A stretch of DNA of 64,000 nucleotides from Candidatus Levyibacteriota bacterium (GCA_030651475.1 JAUSEW010000021.1:1898-65897), one strand, 5' to 3'; shown: positions 18,158 to 28,415, counted from the stretch's first letter. Numbers and translations are program-made. The notes: a model not told the origin generated them from the letters alone.

Positions 18158-18613
18158 ATGACAGCAAAAGAGAAAAAAATCATACAATCTACGTTAAAAG
18201 AGATTCTTGAACTCCTAGAAGTTAAAAGTGAATTTGAGATAGAAGAGAAAGACGATTTAATAGACATAAAATTAACTACGGAAGAAAGCGGTATTATCAT
18301 TGGATATCATGGTGACACTTTAGACGCATTGCAGTTAATATTATCTTTGGCAGTTGCTAAAAAACTGGATAAGTTTCTGCGTATATCAATAGATGTTGGA
18401 GATTACAAGAAAAATAGAGAGGATTGGCTGAAGAATCTAGCATTGGAGACTAAGGATCGTGTACTCGTTGAAGGCAAAGAGATAGTCTTGCCGCAGCTTA
18501 AATCTTGGGAGCGCCGGATTATTCATCTATTACTTCAGAATGATGACAAAGTCATCTCGCAGTCTCAAGGAGAAGGCAGGGACAGGGTTCTGGTGGTCAG
18601 CCCAAAACCTTGA
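18158..18613 (+). CDS. jag: Jag/KhpB-like RNA-binding protein (KH + R3H domains)
   Basis: 151 aa. Conserved position after yidC. The C-terminal segment ...KSWERRIIHLLLQNDDKVISQSQGEGRDRVLVV is an R3H-like motif. Confidence 0.7.
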   Translation: MTAKEKKIIQSTLKEILELLEVKSEFEIEEKDDLIDIKLTTEESGIIIGYHGDTLDALQLILSLAVAKKLDKFLRISIDVGDYKKNREDWLKNLALETKDRVLVEGKEIVLPQLKSWERRIIHLLLQNDDKVISQSQGEGRDRVLVVSPKP

Positions 18614-19883
18614 GAGATTAATTTTTTATCTTTTAATCCTGTTTTTACCCACGCAGTTAGGTAAACATTTTTGGTCTGATTTTTCTATAGTTTCCGGAAT
18701 ACGAGTAGATTATCTCTCCCCCACAATCTACGTAACTGACATATTTATTTTGTTGTTGTTTGTTTTTTCTGTTTCCTCAATAAGAATATCAAAAATAAAA
18801 TATCAAATCTCAAAAATGGTATTTGCTTATTGGAGATTGATAGTATTGGTAATATTTCTAGCAATTGGAATTTGGTTTTCCAAAAATACAATTGCGGGAG
18901 GGTATGGTCTATTAAAGTTTTTGGAATTTTTATTCCTCGGATTTTACGTTGCAACTAATTTCAAAAAATTCGGATTGAGAAATATTGTGTTGCTATTTTC
19001 AGTAGGCATTATCTTGGAATCTTTATTGGCAATCGCTCAATATTTTCAGCAGGCATCATTAGGAAGCATATTTTATTTTTTCGGAGAAAGAACATTTAGC
19101 TTAACAACTCCAGGAATCGCAAACGCATCCCTAAATGGCTTTTTAATTCTGCGTCCATACGGGACATTTTCCCACCCCAATGTTCTTGCTGGCTATTTAG
19201 TTATCGCTATGACATTAATAATTTTCAATTTCAAAAAACCTATTTTCATGGCGGCTTTAATTATTGGAACGCTTGCGCTTTTTTTAACCCTAAGCCGCGT
19301 TGCAATCCTTTTGTGGCTAATAGTTTTTGGTTCATGGTTAATAGCCCGCGGTATTAAAAAAATAAAACTCCAAGCTTCTACCTTCTACGTTCTATTTTCT
19401 ATCTTCTCGTTACTGTTAGTAGGTTTTATATTTGCAAACTCTGCTTTTCGTTACAGGTTTACCAATATTAACTTGTCCGATGAAGCAATAGTTCAGCGAG
19501 AAAGCCTTATTAACAGTTCAATATCAATGACTAAAGAGCATCCGATTTTTGGAGCTGGCCTTAATAATTTCTTAGTCAATCTCCCTTCGTATCAAACATC
19601 GCGCACTCCCCTTTTCTATCTTCAGCCGGTTCATAATATTTTTATTTTGGTCGCAGCAGAAACAGGAATAATTGGATTGGCGTTTTTCCTTTGGTTTATT
19701 ATTGTTACATATAAAAGAGTACTAAACAAAAATCAATTCTTAATTCATAATTCATTATTCATTGTTCTTTCTTCGATTTTAATTTTAGGAATGTTTGATC
19801 ATTACTTTCTTACTCTTCAGCAGGGGCAAATTCTTCTAGCGTTGGTATTTGGATTATGTTGGTCAAAGGAATATGAAGTTTGA
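18540..19883 (+). CDS. O-antigen ligase/polymerase-like (Wzy_C family) polytopic membrane protein
   Basis: About 10 TM helices. The N-terminus ...LIFYLLILFLPTQLGKHFW plus a central periplasmic loop is typical of the O-antigen ligase family. It overlaps the jag 3' end by 74 bp in another frame, so the true start may be slightly downstream. Confidence 0.6.
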   Translation: MMTKSSRSLKEKAGTGFWWSAQNLERLIFYLLILFLPTQLGKHFWSDFSIVSGIRVDYLSPTIYVTDIFILLLFVFSVSSIRISKIKYQISKMVFAYWRLIVLVIFLAIGIWFSKNTIAGGYGLLKFLEFLFLGFYVATNFKKFGLRNIVLLFSVGIILESLLAIAQYFQQASLGSIFYFFGERTFSLTTPGIANASLNGFLILRPYGTFSHPNVLAGYLVIAMTLIIFNFKKPIFMAALIIGTLALFLTLSRVAILLWLIVFGSWLIARGIKKIKLQASTFYVLFSIFSLLLVGFIFANSAFRYRFTNINLSDEAIVQRESLINSSISMTKEHPIFGAGLNNFLVNLPSYQTSRTPLFYLQPVHNIFILVAAETGIIGLAFFLWFIIVTYKRVLNKNQFLIHNSLFIVLSSILILGMFDHYFLTLQQGQILLALVFGLCWSKEYEV

Positions 19884-20027
19884 TTTTATTATTACTCTGC
19901 CCCTATTTTCATATGATCTATCCTATAAGTTTGAGCTGAAATATAAGAAAAATTTCCGAAAGAGCTAGTTTTTTTTGGCAAATAAGATTTTTTCTGTTAG
20001 AATTTTATTAGAGGAGGAAATTGAAAT

Positions 20028-20450
20028 ATGGAAGAGATTAATATTTTTACCGACGGCGGATCAAGAGGTAATCCCGGGCCCGCGGGAATTGGCGTTTATA
20101 TAACTGACAAAAATAGCAAAAAAATTGCTTCAGTCGGAAAGAGAATTGGCAATGCGACCAATAATGTTGCAGAATATAAGGCAGTTTTGGAAGCGTTATC
20201 ATGGATTTTAGCAAATAAAGAAACTTTAGACAGTAATCCAAAAATTAATTTTTTCCTTGACTCCAAGCTTGTTTATTCTCAAATCGCAGGTTTATTTAAA
20301 ATAAAAAATCCATTTCTAAGAACACTTCTGTATGAAGTAAGAGAAAAAGAAATTCAAGTCAAATCACAAATTTTTTATAATCATATCCCAAGAGAAAAAA
20401 ATACTAAGGCAGACGAAATGGTGAATAAAGCGCTAGACAACCTAATCTAA
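20028..20450 (+). CDS. rnhA: Ribonuclease HI-like
   Basis: MEEINIFTDGGSRGNPGPAGIGVYI...AEYKAVLEAL...YNHIPREKNTKADEM carries the RNase H D-E-D-D catalytic pattern. Confidence 0.85.
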   Translation: MEEINIFTDGGSRGNPGPAGIGVYITDKNSKKIASVGKRIGNATNNVAEYKAVLEALSWILANKETLDSNPKINFFLDSKLVYSQIAGLFKIKNPFLRTLLYEVREKEIQVKSQIFYNHIPREKNTKADEMVNKALDNLI

Positions 20451-20514
20451 TTCTCCTAAACTAGATTTAATGATCCTTCGATGCACTCAGGATCATATTG
20501 AGTGAAATCGAAAT

Positions 20515-23220
20515 ATGAAGAAATCTGCCTTAACCATTGAAGAACAAAAACAAAGTCTCCCAATCCTTATTCTGGATAGAATAGGAATAATAGGCGAGTT
20601 ATTGTGTGAAGAAATTGCTAAATACTCTCAAGTTGTTTTTGTAAGTTTAAAAGAACCGCAAATTTTAACCGAAAGCAGAGCCAGCGTAATTCATATCCCC
20701 TACTCTAAAAAATTTCCAATAATTCCGGATGAAAAATATTCGCATTTAATAGTTGTTGATGATAAGAGCGATACGACAAAAGAGCTGCTTCCTAAATTTT
20801 TAGAAAAGTCGGATAAAGATAATGCGGAATTTATTTTTTTGGCTAAAAAAAGCGAAGGGAAAAGCAACAATTTCTTAAAAATTTTGGATTCCTACAAAAT
20901 TGGAAAGATTATAATATATGGTGATCTTTTCGGACAAAAGGTATCTTTCTCTAGCCATCTTACATCTTTCATAAATGATTTTTTTTATCAGGTAAAGACA
21001 ACAGGCAAAATAAAAATTCCTGGAGATGGCTTGCTAAAGACTTACCCTGTTTTTATAAATGATTTCATAGCAAAAACTATAGAAATTATTTTTGGCAAAC
21101 CAACTTCTAATATTTTTTATCTTTTTCCCAAATCACCCATAACCCTTATTTCTCTTGTACATATAATACAAAAAGCAGATCCGGAAATCTCCATAGATTT
21201 TGGTGAGCACAAAAATAATATAGAAACAGAAAGCTTTGAAAGTTTACAAGGAAAATTTTTGTTAGAAGACTATTCTTTAGACGAAAGAGTCAAAAGCTTT
21301 TTCAAAGAGTATATGGCTATGCCTTTCCCCAAAGGAGAAGAAATAACAAAAGATTATGAAAAGAAAGATAAAAAATATTTCCCATTCCTAGTTTCCTTAT
21401 TCTACATTCTTGTTGTCTTGGTTATTCCTTTTTTTACAACTCTATTCTTTTCGTTGTTGGGATTTTCCGCTCTTAGTTTCTCTAAAAATGCAATTGACAG
21501 AGGCAGTCTTGGGGTTGCTCAAAGTGCTGCCAGTTTATCTAAATCATTTTTTACCGTTGCCAAACAAACATCAATTCCCCTAGCTTTGGAGGGTAAGATT
21601 TTGGGAGTTGGAAATAATTTTGCTTTTTCTAATTACATTAACTTCGGGCAGAATATTTCTTCGGCAACGCTGTATACGCTAGAAGCTTCGAATAAAATGC
21701 TTAATGTTTTCGGAAACAAAAGCACAAATCCCAAGGATGATTTCCTAAAAGGAACTAATCTTTTCAAAAACGCAGTAGTTTTACTTGAAGAGACAAAATC
21801 CATGGAAGGACTGCCAAAAGACGCATATAAAGAAATCGATAAAGTTTCTGGTATATCAAAATTGGTTTCAGGAACTATAGATGTTTTGCCAACCATCTTC
21901 GGGCTAGAGGGACAGAAAAATTATTTAGTTCTTTTCCAAAATAATATGGAGCTAAGGCCTGGAGGCGGATTTATTGGTTCCTATGGACTTTTAACATTGG
22001 ATAAGGGGAGAATTGCCGATTTCTCAATTAATGATGTTTACGATGCAGACGGTCAGTTGAAAGGACACGTAGAGCCGCCTTTTCCAATTAGGCGTTATCT
22101 TCCTTCGGTACATTGGTACTTAAGAGACAGTAATTTTGATGTTGATTTCGTAAGGGGAGCGTCTGTATCAGCATTTTTACTAAACGCAGAAACAGGGAAA
22201 ATAGTAGATGGCGTAATTGGGATAGATTTAACTTTCGTAAAGAACATTTTAAGCGTCATAGGGCCTGTATATGTTTCTGATTATAAAGAAACTGTTGGCG
22301 AGAATAATCTATTTCAGCTTGCAGAGTCACACGCAGAAAAGAATTTCTTTCCGGGATCAACGCAAAAAAAAGATTTCTTAAGAGCTTTATTTTTGGCAAT
22401 ACAACTGGAGTTTAGTTCAAGAAAAACTTTTTCCTATTTAAACCTATCGGAAGTTCTTGCAGATTCTATCTTGGAAAAACATGCAGTATTTGCTTTTAAT
22501 GATCCAAATCTCCAAAATATATTTTCCATAAACAACCTATCATCAGCCTTAGCAGATGCAAGAAAACCCGAAGAAAACTCTATAAATGATTTTTTGGGAA
22601 TTAACGAGGCAAATTTGGGAGTCAATAAGGTAAATTATTTTATTCAAAGGCTGGTTTCTTACGAAATAATTATAGACGAAAATGGCCAAATATCAGAACA
22701 GCTTAATATTAAATATGCAAATATAAATAAAAATGGGGTTTGGCCGGGGGGAGATTATAAAAATTATTTAAGATTAATCCTGCCGGCAGATGCAAAATTA
22801 TCTTCAATATCAATTGATGGGAAAGAACAAAAAATACTTACTGCCATAACAAACCCTGCTATATATGAAGCGAAAAATTTTACTAAACAAGAAGGACTAG
22901 AAGTTGATAAAGAAGAAAAGCAGGAGAAAACAATATATGGATTTCTTATAACAGTTCCTACGGATACAATTAAAACAATAACTGTAAAATACACTCTCTC
23001 TCAAAAGATATCTTTGAATAGTCCTCTTTTTTCTTATAATCTTAGAATTTTTAAACAACCAGGTATTGATAGTTACCCTTTTAATTTTAAACTTTCGTAT
23101 CCGTCTTTGTTTAGAGTGGTTAATAAGCCTGGAAATATTAAAGACGAGAATAATGTTTTAAGTTTTAAAGATTCTATTTTGACGGACAAAGACATAAGTA
23201 TAAATTTTGGAAAAAAATAA
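20515..23220 (+). CDS. Large membrane-anchored protein, DUF4012-like
   Basis: 901 aa with TM helices around residue 290-320. Segment NYLVLFQNNMELRPGGGFIGSYGLLTLDKGRI recalls the DUF4012 family found in polysaccharide loci. I recognise no catalytic motif. Confidence 0.5.
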   Translation: MKKSALTIEEQKQSLPILILDRIGIIGELLCEEIAKYSQVVFVSLKEPQILTESRASVIHIPYSKKFPIIPDEKYSHLIVVDDKSDTTKELLPKFLEKSDKDNAEFIFLAKKSEGKSNNFLKILDSYKIGKIIIYGDLFGQKVSFSSHLTSFINDFFYQVKTTGKIKIPGDGLLKTYPVFINDFIAKTIEIIFGKPTSNIFYLFPKSPITLISLVHIIQKADPEISIDFGEHKNNIETESFESLQGKFLLEDYSLDERVKSFFKEYMAMPFPKGEEITKDYEKKDKKYFPFLVSLFYILVVLVIPFFTTLFFSLLGFSALSFSKNAIDRGSLGVAQSAASLSKSFFTVAKQTSIPLALEGKILGVGNNFAFSNYINFGQNISSATLYTLEASNKMLNVFGNKSTNPKDDFLKGTNLFKNAVVLLEETKSMEGLPKDAYKEIDKVSGISKLVSGTIDVLPTIFGLEGQKNYLVLFQNNMELRPGGGFIGSYGLLTLDKGRIADFSINDVYDADGQLKGHVEPPFPIRRYLPSVHWYLRDSNFDVDFVRGASVSAFLLNAETGKIVDGVIGIDLTFVKNILSVIGPVYVSDYKETVGENNLFQLAESHAEKNFFPGSTQKKDFLRALFLAIQLEFSSRKTFSYLNLSEVLADSILEKHAVFAFNDPNLQNIFSINNLSSALADARKPEENSINDFLGINEANLGVNKVNYFIQRLVSYEIIIDENGQISEQLNIKYANINKNGVWPGGDYKNYLRLILPADAKLSSISIDGKEQKILTAITNPAIYEAKNFTKQEGLEVDKEEKQEKTIYGFLITVPTDTIKTITVKYTLSQKISLNSPLFSYNLRIFKQPGIDSYPFNFKLSYPSLFRVVNKPGNIKDENNVLSFKDSILTDKDISINFGKK

Positions 23221-23266
23221 AAACAGTTGTTGCTAATAGGCTACGTAATCAATTAAAATAACCTGT

Positions 23267-24565
23267 ATGGAAAATGGAATTATAGAGGCAGCTTACCCGA
23301 TAGATTTTAGAAAAAAAGATGCTGTAATTTTGGGACAGCTCTTGAAAGATCGTAACTCCGTTGTCTTAATAGGAATGAAAAGGGTAGGGATAAGCAATTT
23401 TCTTCGTTTTTTTCTCTATCACAAAGATGTCGTAAAAAATTACATAACGGATGGAAATTTACATTTATTTATTAAAGTTGATTTAAATGATTTGGTGGAA
23501 AGAGAAGTTTTTCCTTTTTGGATATTAACCCTAAAAAGAATTTCCGATGCGGTAGGAAAATCATCGTTAAATAAACCCATTAAAAAATATATAGAAACTT
23601 TGTTTTTGGATTGTATTCAGTCAAAAGATACTTTTTTAACAATAGAGAGCATCAGAAAAAGCCTTAGTAAAATTGTGGAGCAGAATGTTATGCCCACCAT
23701 ATTTTTTATTCGTTTTGATAGGCTTAAGGATATTGTAACTACGGATTTATTCGGAAATCTTCAAGGATTAAAAGACGCGACGAATAATAAGCTAGCTTAT
23801 GTATTTACGAGTTTCCGCGGGCTTTCATATCTTGCGCCTAGTGTTTTTAAAAAACCTTCCCTTTCTCTTTTTACGAAAGATTTATATATCAAACCGGCTG
23901 AAAAAACAGATGCAAATATTATCTTCAAAACATATACCGATCACTATAAACTTTCTATTTCCTCATCATTGGAGGGATGGCTTTTTGCAATAGTTGATGG
24001 ATACGTGCAATATCTGCAGCTGGCTTTGATTTTTCTGCACGAAACCAAAAAGGTTATTCAATCAAAGGATGAAATTTTCAATCTGCTTTCTTGCGATGAA
24101 AGAATTGGCTTGCAATCCGAAGAGCTTTGGGAAAGTTTGGGAGATTTTGAAAAAGCAACCCTTCTCAAAATAATAAGAAAAGAACCGATAGGAGAAAAAG
24201 AAAAGATGAAAGCGAAATATCTTTGGGATACGGGTTTAATAAATCAAGAAGGCAAAAGCTTTAAGCTTTTCAGTCCACTTTTGGACTATTTTGTTAGACA
24301 AAAAGATATAAGCTCCCAACTTTCAGTTGCAGATTTTACGAAAAAGGAGAACCTGCTTTTTAATTTCTTAAAAGAAAATCTAGGACAGATTTGTGAGAGA
24401 GAAAAAATAATCGAAGCGGTTTGGCCGGAAGTAGAGGAGCTGGGAGTTTCCGATTGGGCGATAGATAGGTTAGTTGCAAGAGTTAGGAGTAAATTGCTTT
24501 TGCAAAAAGCAGGTTTTGAAATTCAGACAATTAAAACAAGAGGGTATAAGCTAATTACCGTCTAG
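23267..24565 (+). CDS. Transcriptional regulator: N-terminal P-loop NTPase-like domain + C-terminal OmpR/PhoB-type winged helix
   Basis: N-terminal VVLIGMKRVGISNFLRF (P-loop-like). The C-terminus ...REKIIEAVWPEVEELGVSDWAIDRLVARVRSKLLLQKAGFEIQTIKTRGYKLI is a typical trans_reg_C wHTH. Confidence 0.55.
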   Translation: MENGIIEAAYPIDFRKKDAVILGQLLKDRNSVVLIGMKRVGISNFLRFFLYHKDVVKNYITDGNLHLFIKVDLNDLVEREVFPFWILTLKRISDAVGKSSLNKPIKKYIETLFLDCIQSKDTFLTIESIRKSLSKIVEQNVMPTIFFIRFDRLKDIVTTDLFGNLQGLKDATNNKLAYVFTSFRGLSYLAPSVFKKPSLSLFTKDLYIKPAEKTDANIIFKTYTDHYKLSISSSLEGWLFAIVDGYVQYLQLALIFLHETKKVIQSKDEIFNLLSCDERIGLQSEELWESLGDFEKATLLKIIRKEPIGEKEKMKAKYLWDTGLINQEGKSFKLFSPLLDYFVRQKDISSQLSVADFTKKENLLFNFLKENLGQICEREKIIEAVWPEVEELGVSDWAIDRLVARVRSKLLLQKAGFEIQTIKTRGYKLITV

Positions 24566-24664
24566 CCTCAATTTTAGTCAATTGTCGGGAATACATCGTT
24601 AATTCTTCGGGAATTAATTTTGCTTATGTTTATTGAAGGAATATTTAGCCCGTGCTAGAATACA

Positions 24665-26767
24665 TTGATGGATAAGGTTTATAATCACAAAGAAGTTGAG
24701 GGAGATATTTATCAAAAATGGGAAGAGCAAGGGTATTTTAAACCGGAAATTAATCCCAAAGGCAAACCTTATACGATAATTTTGCCTCCTCCAAATGCGA
24801 ACGCGCCGCTTCATTTTGGCCATGCAATGTACGTAATTGAAGATATCTTAATCCGCTATCACCGGATGAAGGGGGAAGCAGCTCTTTGGCTTCCGGGAGC
24901 AGATCATGCAGGATTTGAAACGCAATTTGTGTTTGAGAAAAAATTGCAAAAAGAAGGAAAGTCGCGTTTTGATTTTGACCGCGATGAACTTTACAAAATG
25001 ATTTGGGATTATGTGCAGAAAAATAGAGAGGGGACAGAGAACCAATTAAGAAAACTCGGATTTTCGCTAGATTGGACAAGAAAAAAATTCACCCTAGATT
25101 CTGACATTATAAAAATTGTTTATAAAACCTTTAAAAAATTATTTGACGATGGGTTACTTTATAGGGGAGATAGGCTGGTTAATTATTGCACGAAATGCGG
25201 AACAAGCTTTTCAGACTTGGAAGTAAATCACAAAGAACAAAAAGATTCCTTATATTACCTAAAATACGGGCCGTTTATTTTGGCAACAGTTCGGCCGGAA
25301 ACTGTATTTGGTGATACTGCGGTTGCTGTTAACACAAAAGACGAAAAACACAAGAATTGGGTTGGTAAAGAAATTGAGGTGCAGGGCGTGCTCGGGAAAT
25401 TTAAAGTAAAAGTTATTGCAGATGATGTAATTGATCCAAATTTTGGCACAGGTGTTGCGAAAGTAACCCCTGCTCACGACATGAAGGATTTTGAAATGGG
25501 GAAAAGACATAATCTTAATGTAGTTAGAATTATAGACTTTGATGGGAAATTAAATGAAAAGGCAGGGAAGTATAAAGGATTGTATGTGAAACAAGCAAGG
25601 AAAATTGTGGCAGAAGATATGCAAAAAATGGGACTTATAGAAAAAATAGATGAAAATTACACGCACACAATTGAAGTTTGTTATAAATGCGGGACAACTA
25701 TCGAGCCAATGCTTTTGCCGCAATGGTTTATAAGAATGGAAAGCTTAGCGAAACCCGCAATTGACGCAGTTAAGAAAGGCGAAATTAAGATTTATCCTCA
25801 AAGATTTGAGAAAACTTATCTAGACTTTTTGGAAAATATCAGAGATTGGAATATTTCCAGACAAATTGTTTGGGGAATTAGAATTCCCGCATGGCAATGC
25901 CAGGATTGTAGCAAATGGGTGGTTACAGCAGGAGAAGCTCCAAACAATTGTAGTAAATGTAAGTCTAAAAATTTAGAACAAGATGGGGACACTTTTGATA
26001 CTTGGTTTTCTTCTGCTCAATGGCCGTTTGCAACTTTGCAGGCAACAAAGTCTGAAAATTTTTACCCGACATCTGTTATGGAAACAGGATATGATATTTT
26101 ACGTTGGTGGGTGGCAAGAATGGTAATGGTTGGGATTTATGTAACAGGGAAAGTACCATTTAAAAATATTGTTCTCCACGGTTTGGTAAATGATCCGTTG
26201 GGAAAGAAAATGAGTAAATCCAAAGGAAATGTTATCGACCCATTAGAATTAGTTGAGCAATATGGCGCTGACGCAGTACGTTTCGCTCTGGTGTATGGTA
26301 CGGCTTTTGGTAATGATCAATCCCTTTCTTACCCCAAACTGGAAGCGGCGAGAAAATTTACCAATAAACTTTGGAATATGGCGCGGTTCATAGAAATGAA
26401 GAAAATAAGGATTAATGATGAAGGATTAATGATGAAGGATTTGGAAAATATGGCGAAAAACGAGAATGATAAGGAGATGGTTAAGAAAACCAAACAATTA
26501 AGCAAGGAACTAACTAACAACATAGATTCCTACCAGTTCAATTACGCTGCGGAAGCTTTGTATGAATTTGTGTGGCACGAATTTGCAGACAAATACATAG
26601 AAGACGTAAAAAACAGAATCAATCAAAATTCATCTTTAATTCTTAATTCATTATTCATAATTCTTCTCAAGCTTTTGCATCCGTTTATGCCATTTATTAC
26701 GGAAGAAATTTACAAAAGATTAACCAACAGCAACAGATCGATTATGATTGAATCCTGGCCGCAATAA
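24665..26767 (+). CDS. valS: Valyl-tRNA synthetase (compact form lacking the C-terminal coiled coil)
   Basis: Class I aaRS HIGH (PPPNANAPLHFGHAM) and KMSKS (KMSKSKGN) motifs. DTWFSS and ...LLHPFMPFITEEIY are characteristic of ValRS. Confidence 0.75.
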   Translation: MMDKVYNHKEVEGDIYQKWEEQGYFKPEINPKGKPYTIILPPPNANAPLHFGHAMYVIEDILIRYHRMKGEAALWLPGADHAGFETQFVFEKKLQKEGKSRFDFDRDELYKMIWDYVQKNREGTENQLRKLGFSLDWTRKKFTLDSDIIKIVYKTFKKLFDDGLLYRGDRLVNYCTKCGTSFSDLEVNHKEQKDSLYYLKYGPFILATVRPETVFGDTAVAVNTKDEKHKNWVGKEIEVQGVLGKFKVKVIADDVIDPNFGTGVAKVTPAHDMKDFEMGKRHNLNVVRIIDFDGKLNEKAGKYKGLYVKQARKIVAEDMQKMGLIEKIDENYTHTIEVCYKCGTTIEPMLLPQWFIRMESLAKPAIDAVKKGEIKIYPQRFEKTYLDFLENIRDWNISRQIVWGIRIPAWQCQDCSKWVVTAGEAPNNCSKCKSKNLEQDGDTFDTWFSSAQWPFATLQATKSENFYPTSVMETGYDILRWWVARMVMVGIYVTGKVPFKNIVLHGLVNDPLGKKMSKSKGNVIDPLELVEQYGADAVRFALVYGTAFGNDQSLSYPKLEAARKFTNKLWNMARFIEMKKIRINDEGLMMKDLENMAKNENDKEMVKKTKQLSKELTNNIDSYQFNYAAEALYEFVWHEFADKYIEDVKNRINQNSSLILNSLFIILLKLLHPFMPFITEEIYKRLTNSNRSIMIESWPQ

Positions 26768-26770
26768 GAT

Positions 26771-27130
26771 ATGTTTAAATTCCCGAAGATTTACCTAAGA
26801 ATCCCCGATAAAATAAAATACATTTTCGCAGGAGGACTGTGTTTGGTATTGTTTTTAACAGCTATTACAGCAGGATTAAGCCTTTTTAGTCATTTGCAGC
26901 AAAAGGAAGATTTGAACAATAAAAAGTCCACGATATTATCCCAAATACAAGTTTGGCAGGAAATTGTTGGGAAATACAAAGATTACAGGGATGGATACTT
27001 GACTCTTTCCATATTGGAATACAGGCTAGGGGATAATGACAAAGCAAGATTTTATTTACAAAAGACTTTATCTATTGATCCGAATTTTGAAAAGGCAAGA
27101 GATTTAGAAAAAATTCTTCGTTTCTATTAA
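26771..27130 (+). CDS. Small membrane-anchored protein with TPR-like helical repeat, hypothetical
   Basis: 119 aa with an N-terminal TM helix and a C-terminal ...ARFYLQKTLSIDPNFEKARDLEKIL TPR-like helical pair. Confidence 0.35.
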   Translation: MFKFPKIYLRIPDKIKYIFAGGLCLVLFLTAITAGLSLFSHLQQKEDLNNKKSTILSQIQVWQEIVGKYKDYRDGYLTLSILEYRLGDNDKARFYLQKTLSIDPNFEKARDLEKILRFY

Positions 27131-27867
27131 GCTGCTTTTGGAGCTTCTTTAGCTTTCTCTTGAGGCTTTGGTTCTGTTTTACCTGTTTCTGCTGTTGCAG
27201 GAGTTTCAGTTGTTGGCGCGCCTTCTTCTGCTGTTCCTGTTTCCGCTGTCGTGGCTGCTTTCGCTGCTTCCGATGCTGCTTGTTCGGCTGCTGCTTGGGC
27301 TTGAGCTTCTTTACTAACCAGCTCTCCAATTTTTACTACCACTTGAGATGGATCAGTAACCATGGTAACGCCTTTTGGAGCTTTTATTTCGCCAATTGTT
27401 ATTTGCTGTCCTACTTCTGCCAAAGCTTCGACATTAACTTCAATTTTTTCCGGTAAGTCTTCAGGCAATGCTTCTACTTCAATTTGAGATAATGGCTGGA
27501 GCAAAAGTCCCAATTTATCTACAACCGCTTTTGCTTGCCCAACGATAAACAAAGGTACCATGGTTTTTACTTTTTGGGTAAGGTCTACTTTATAGAAGTC
27601 AGCGTGAATATAAAATTTCTGAACAGGATCTTTTTGGACATTGTGGATAAGAACAGGAATTATCTTACCTTTCAAATCGATATCAACAAGACCTGTTTCT
27701 CCTGCCTCGTTATAGGCTTTTTCGAAATCTTTATCTTTGACCTGAACAGAAATGGATTTTATATTTTTGCCATAGACATTTGCCGGCAAAATACCCTCTC
27801 TTCTTAATTTTTTAACTTTTTTTCCGGTAATTTTTCTCTCTTCAACAGCTAGCTTAACTCTTTTCAT
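27127..27867 (-). CDS. rplY: 50S ribosomal protein L25 / general stress protein Ctc
   Basis: MKRVKLAVEERKITGKKVKKLRREGILPANVYGK... followed by a long acidic/Ala-rich tail typical of Ctc-form L25. The likely start is the internal ATG at 27867. The track ORF extends to 27885. Confidence 0.85.
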   Translation of the reverse strand: MKRVKLAVEERKITGKKVKKLRREGILPANVYGKNIKSISVQVKDKDFEKAYNEAGETGLVDIDLKGKIIPVLIHNVQKDPVQKFYIHADFYKVDLTQKVKTMVPLFIVGQAKAVVDKLGLLLQPLSQIEVEALPEDLPEKIEVNVEALAEVGQQITIGEIKAPKGVTMVTDPSQVVVKIGELVSKEAQAQAAAEQAASEAAKAATTAETGTAEEGAPTTETPATAETGKTEPKPQEKAKEAPKAA

Positions 27868-27917
27868 TATTTGGATATTGTACATTAAATAGTTAAATAT
27901 TACAATACGATTGATTT

Positions 27918-28415
27918 ATGAGAATACTTGGGATTGATCCGGGAATTGCAAGGTGCGGGTGGTCAATAGTTCAAAGTGAAAAGTTCAAAGTGAAAAGCTT
28001 AAACTACGGGTGCGTGGAGACGAAGAATGGTTTGCCGATTGAATTAAGATTAAAAACAGTTTACGAGCAAATTACAGAAATTATTGAAAAAGAAAAACCC
28101 GACGTTTTGGCAATAGAGGAGTTGTTTTTTAATACCAATGCGAAAACAGCTTTTATGGTAGGACAGGCAAGGGGAGTGGTTCTTTTAACAGCTGCTCAAA
28201 ATAAAATTCCCGTTGCAATTTATACTCCTTTGCAAGTTAAAGTAGCGGTAACAGGATATGGAAAAGCGGAAAAAATTCAGGTTGGGAAGATGGTAAAAGC
28301 TTTATTAAAGCTTAAGGAAATTCCCAAGCCCGATGACGTGACAGATGCATTGGCAATCGCCCTCACCCACGCCTTCTCAAGTAAATTCAATTCTATAAAA
28401 CAACCTTCTTTTTGA
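27918..28415 (+). CDS. ruvC: Holliday junction resolvase RuvC
   Basis: MRILGIDPGIARCGWSIV...EELFFNTNAKTA...VTGYGKAEKIQV...DALAIAL carries the RuvC catalytic pattern. Confidence 0.85.
   Translation: MRILGIDPGIARCGWSIVQSEKFKVKSLNYGCVETKNGLPIELRLKTVYEQITEIIEKEKPDVLAIEELFFNTNAKTAFMVGQARGVVLLTAAQNKIPVAIYTPLQVKVAVTGYGKAEKIQVGKMVKALLKLKEIPKPDDVTDALAIALTHAFSSKFNSIKQPSF

Noticed and set aside
19884-20027. Intergenic gaps checked for tRNA genes (19884-20027, 24566-24664, 33537-33766, 38875-39011, 55194-55427)
   Set aside because: I found no cloverleaf-compatible sequence and no T-loop (GTTCRANNC) or acceptor-stem complementarity by eye. A proper tRNA scan would be needed for certainty.
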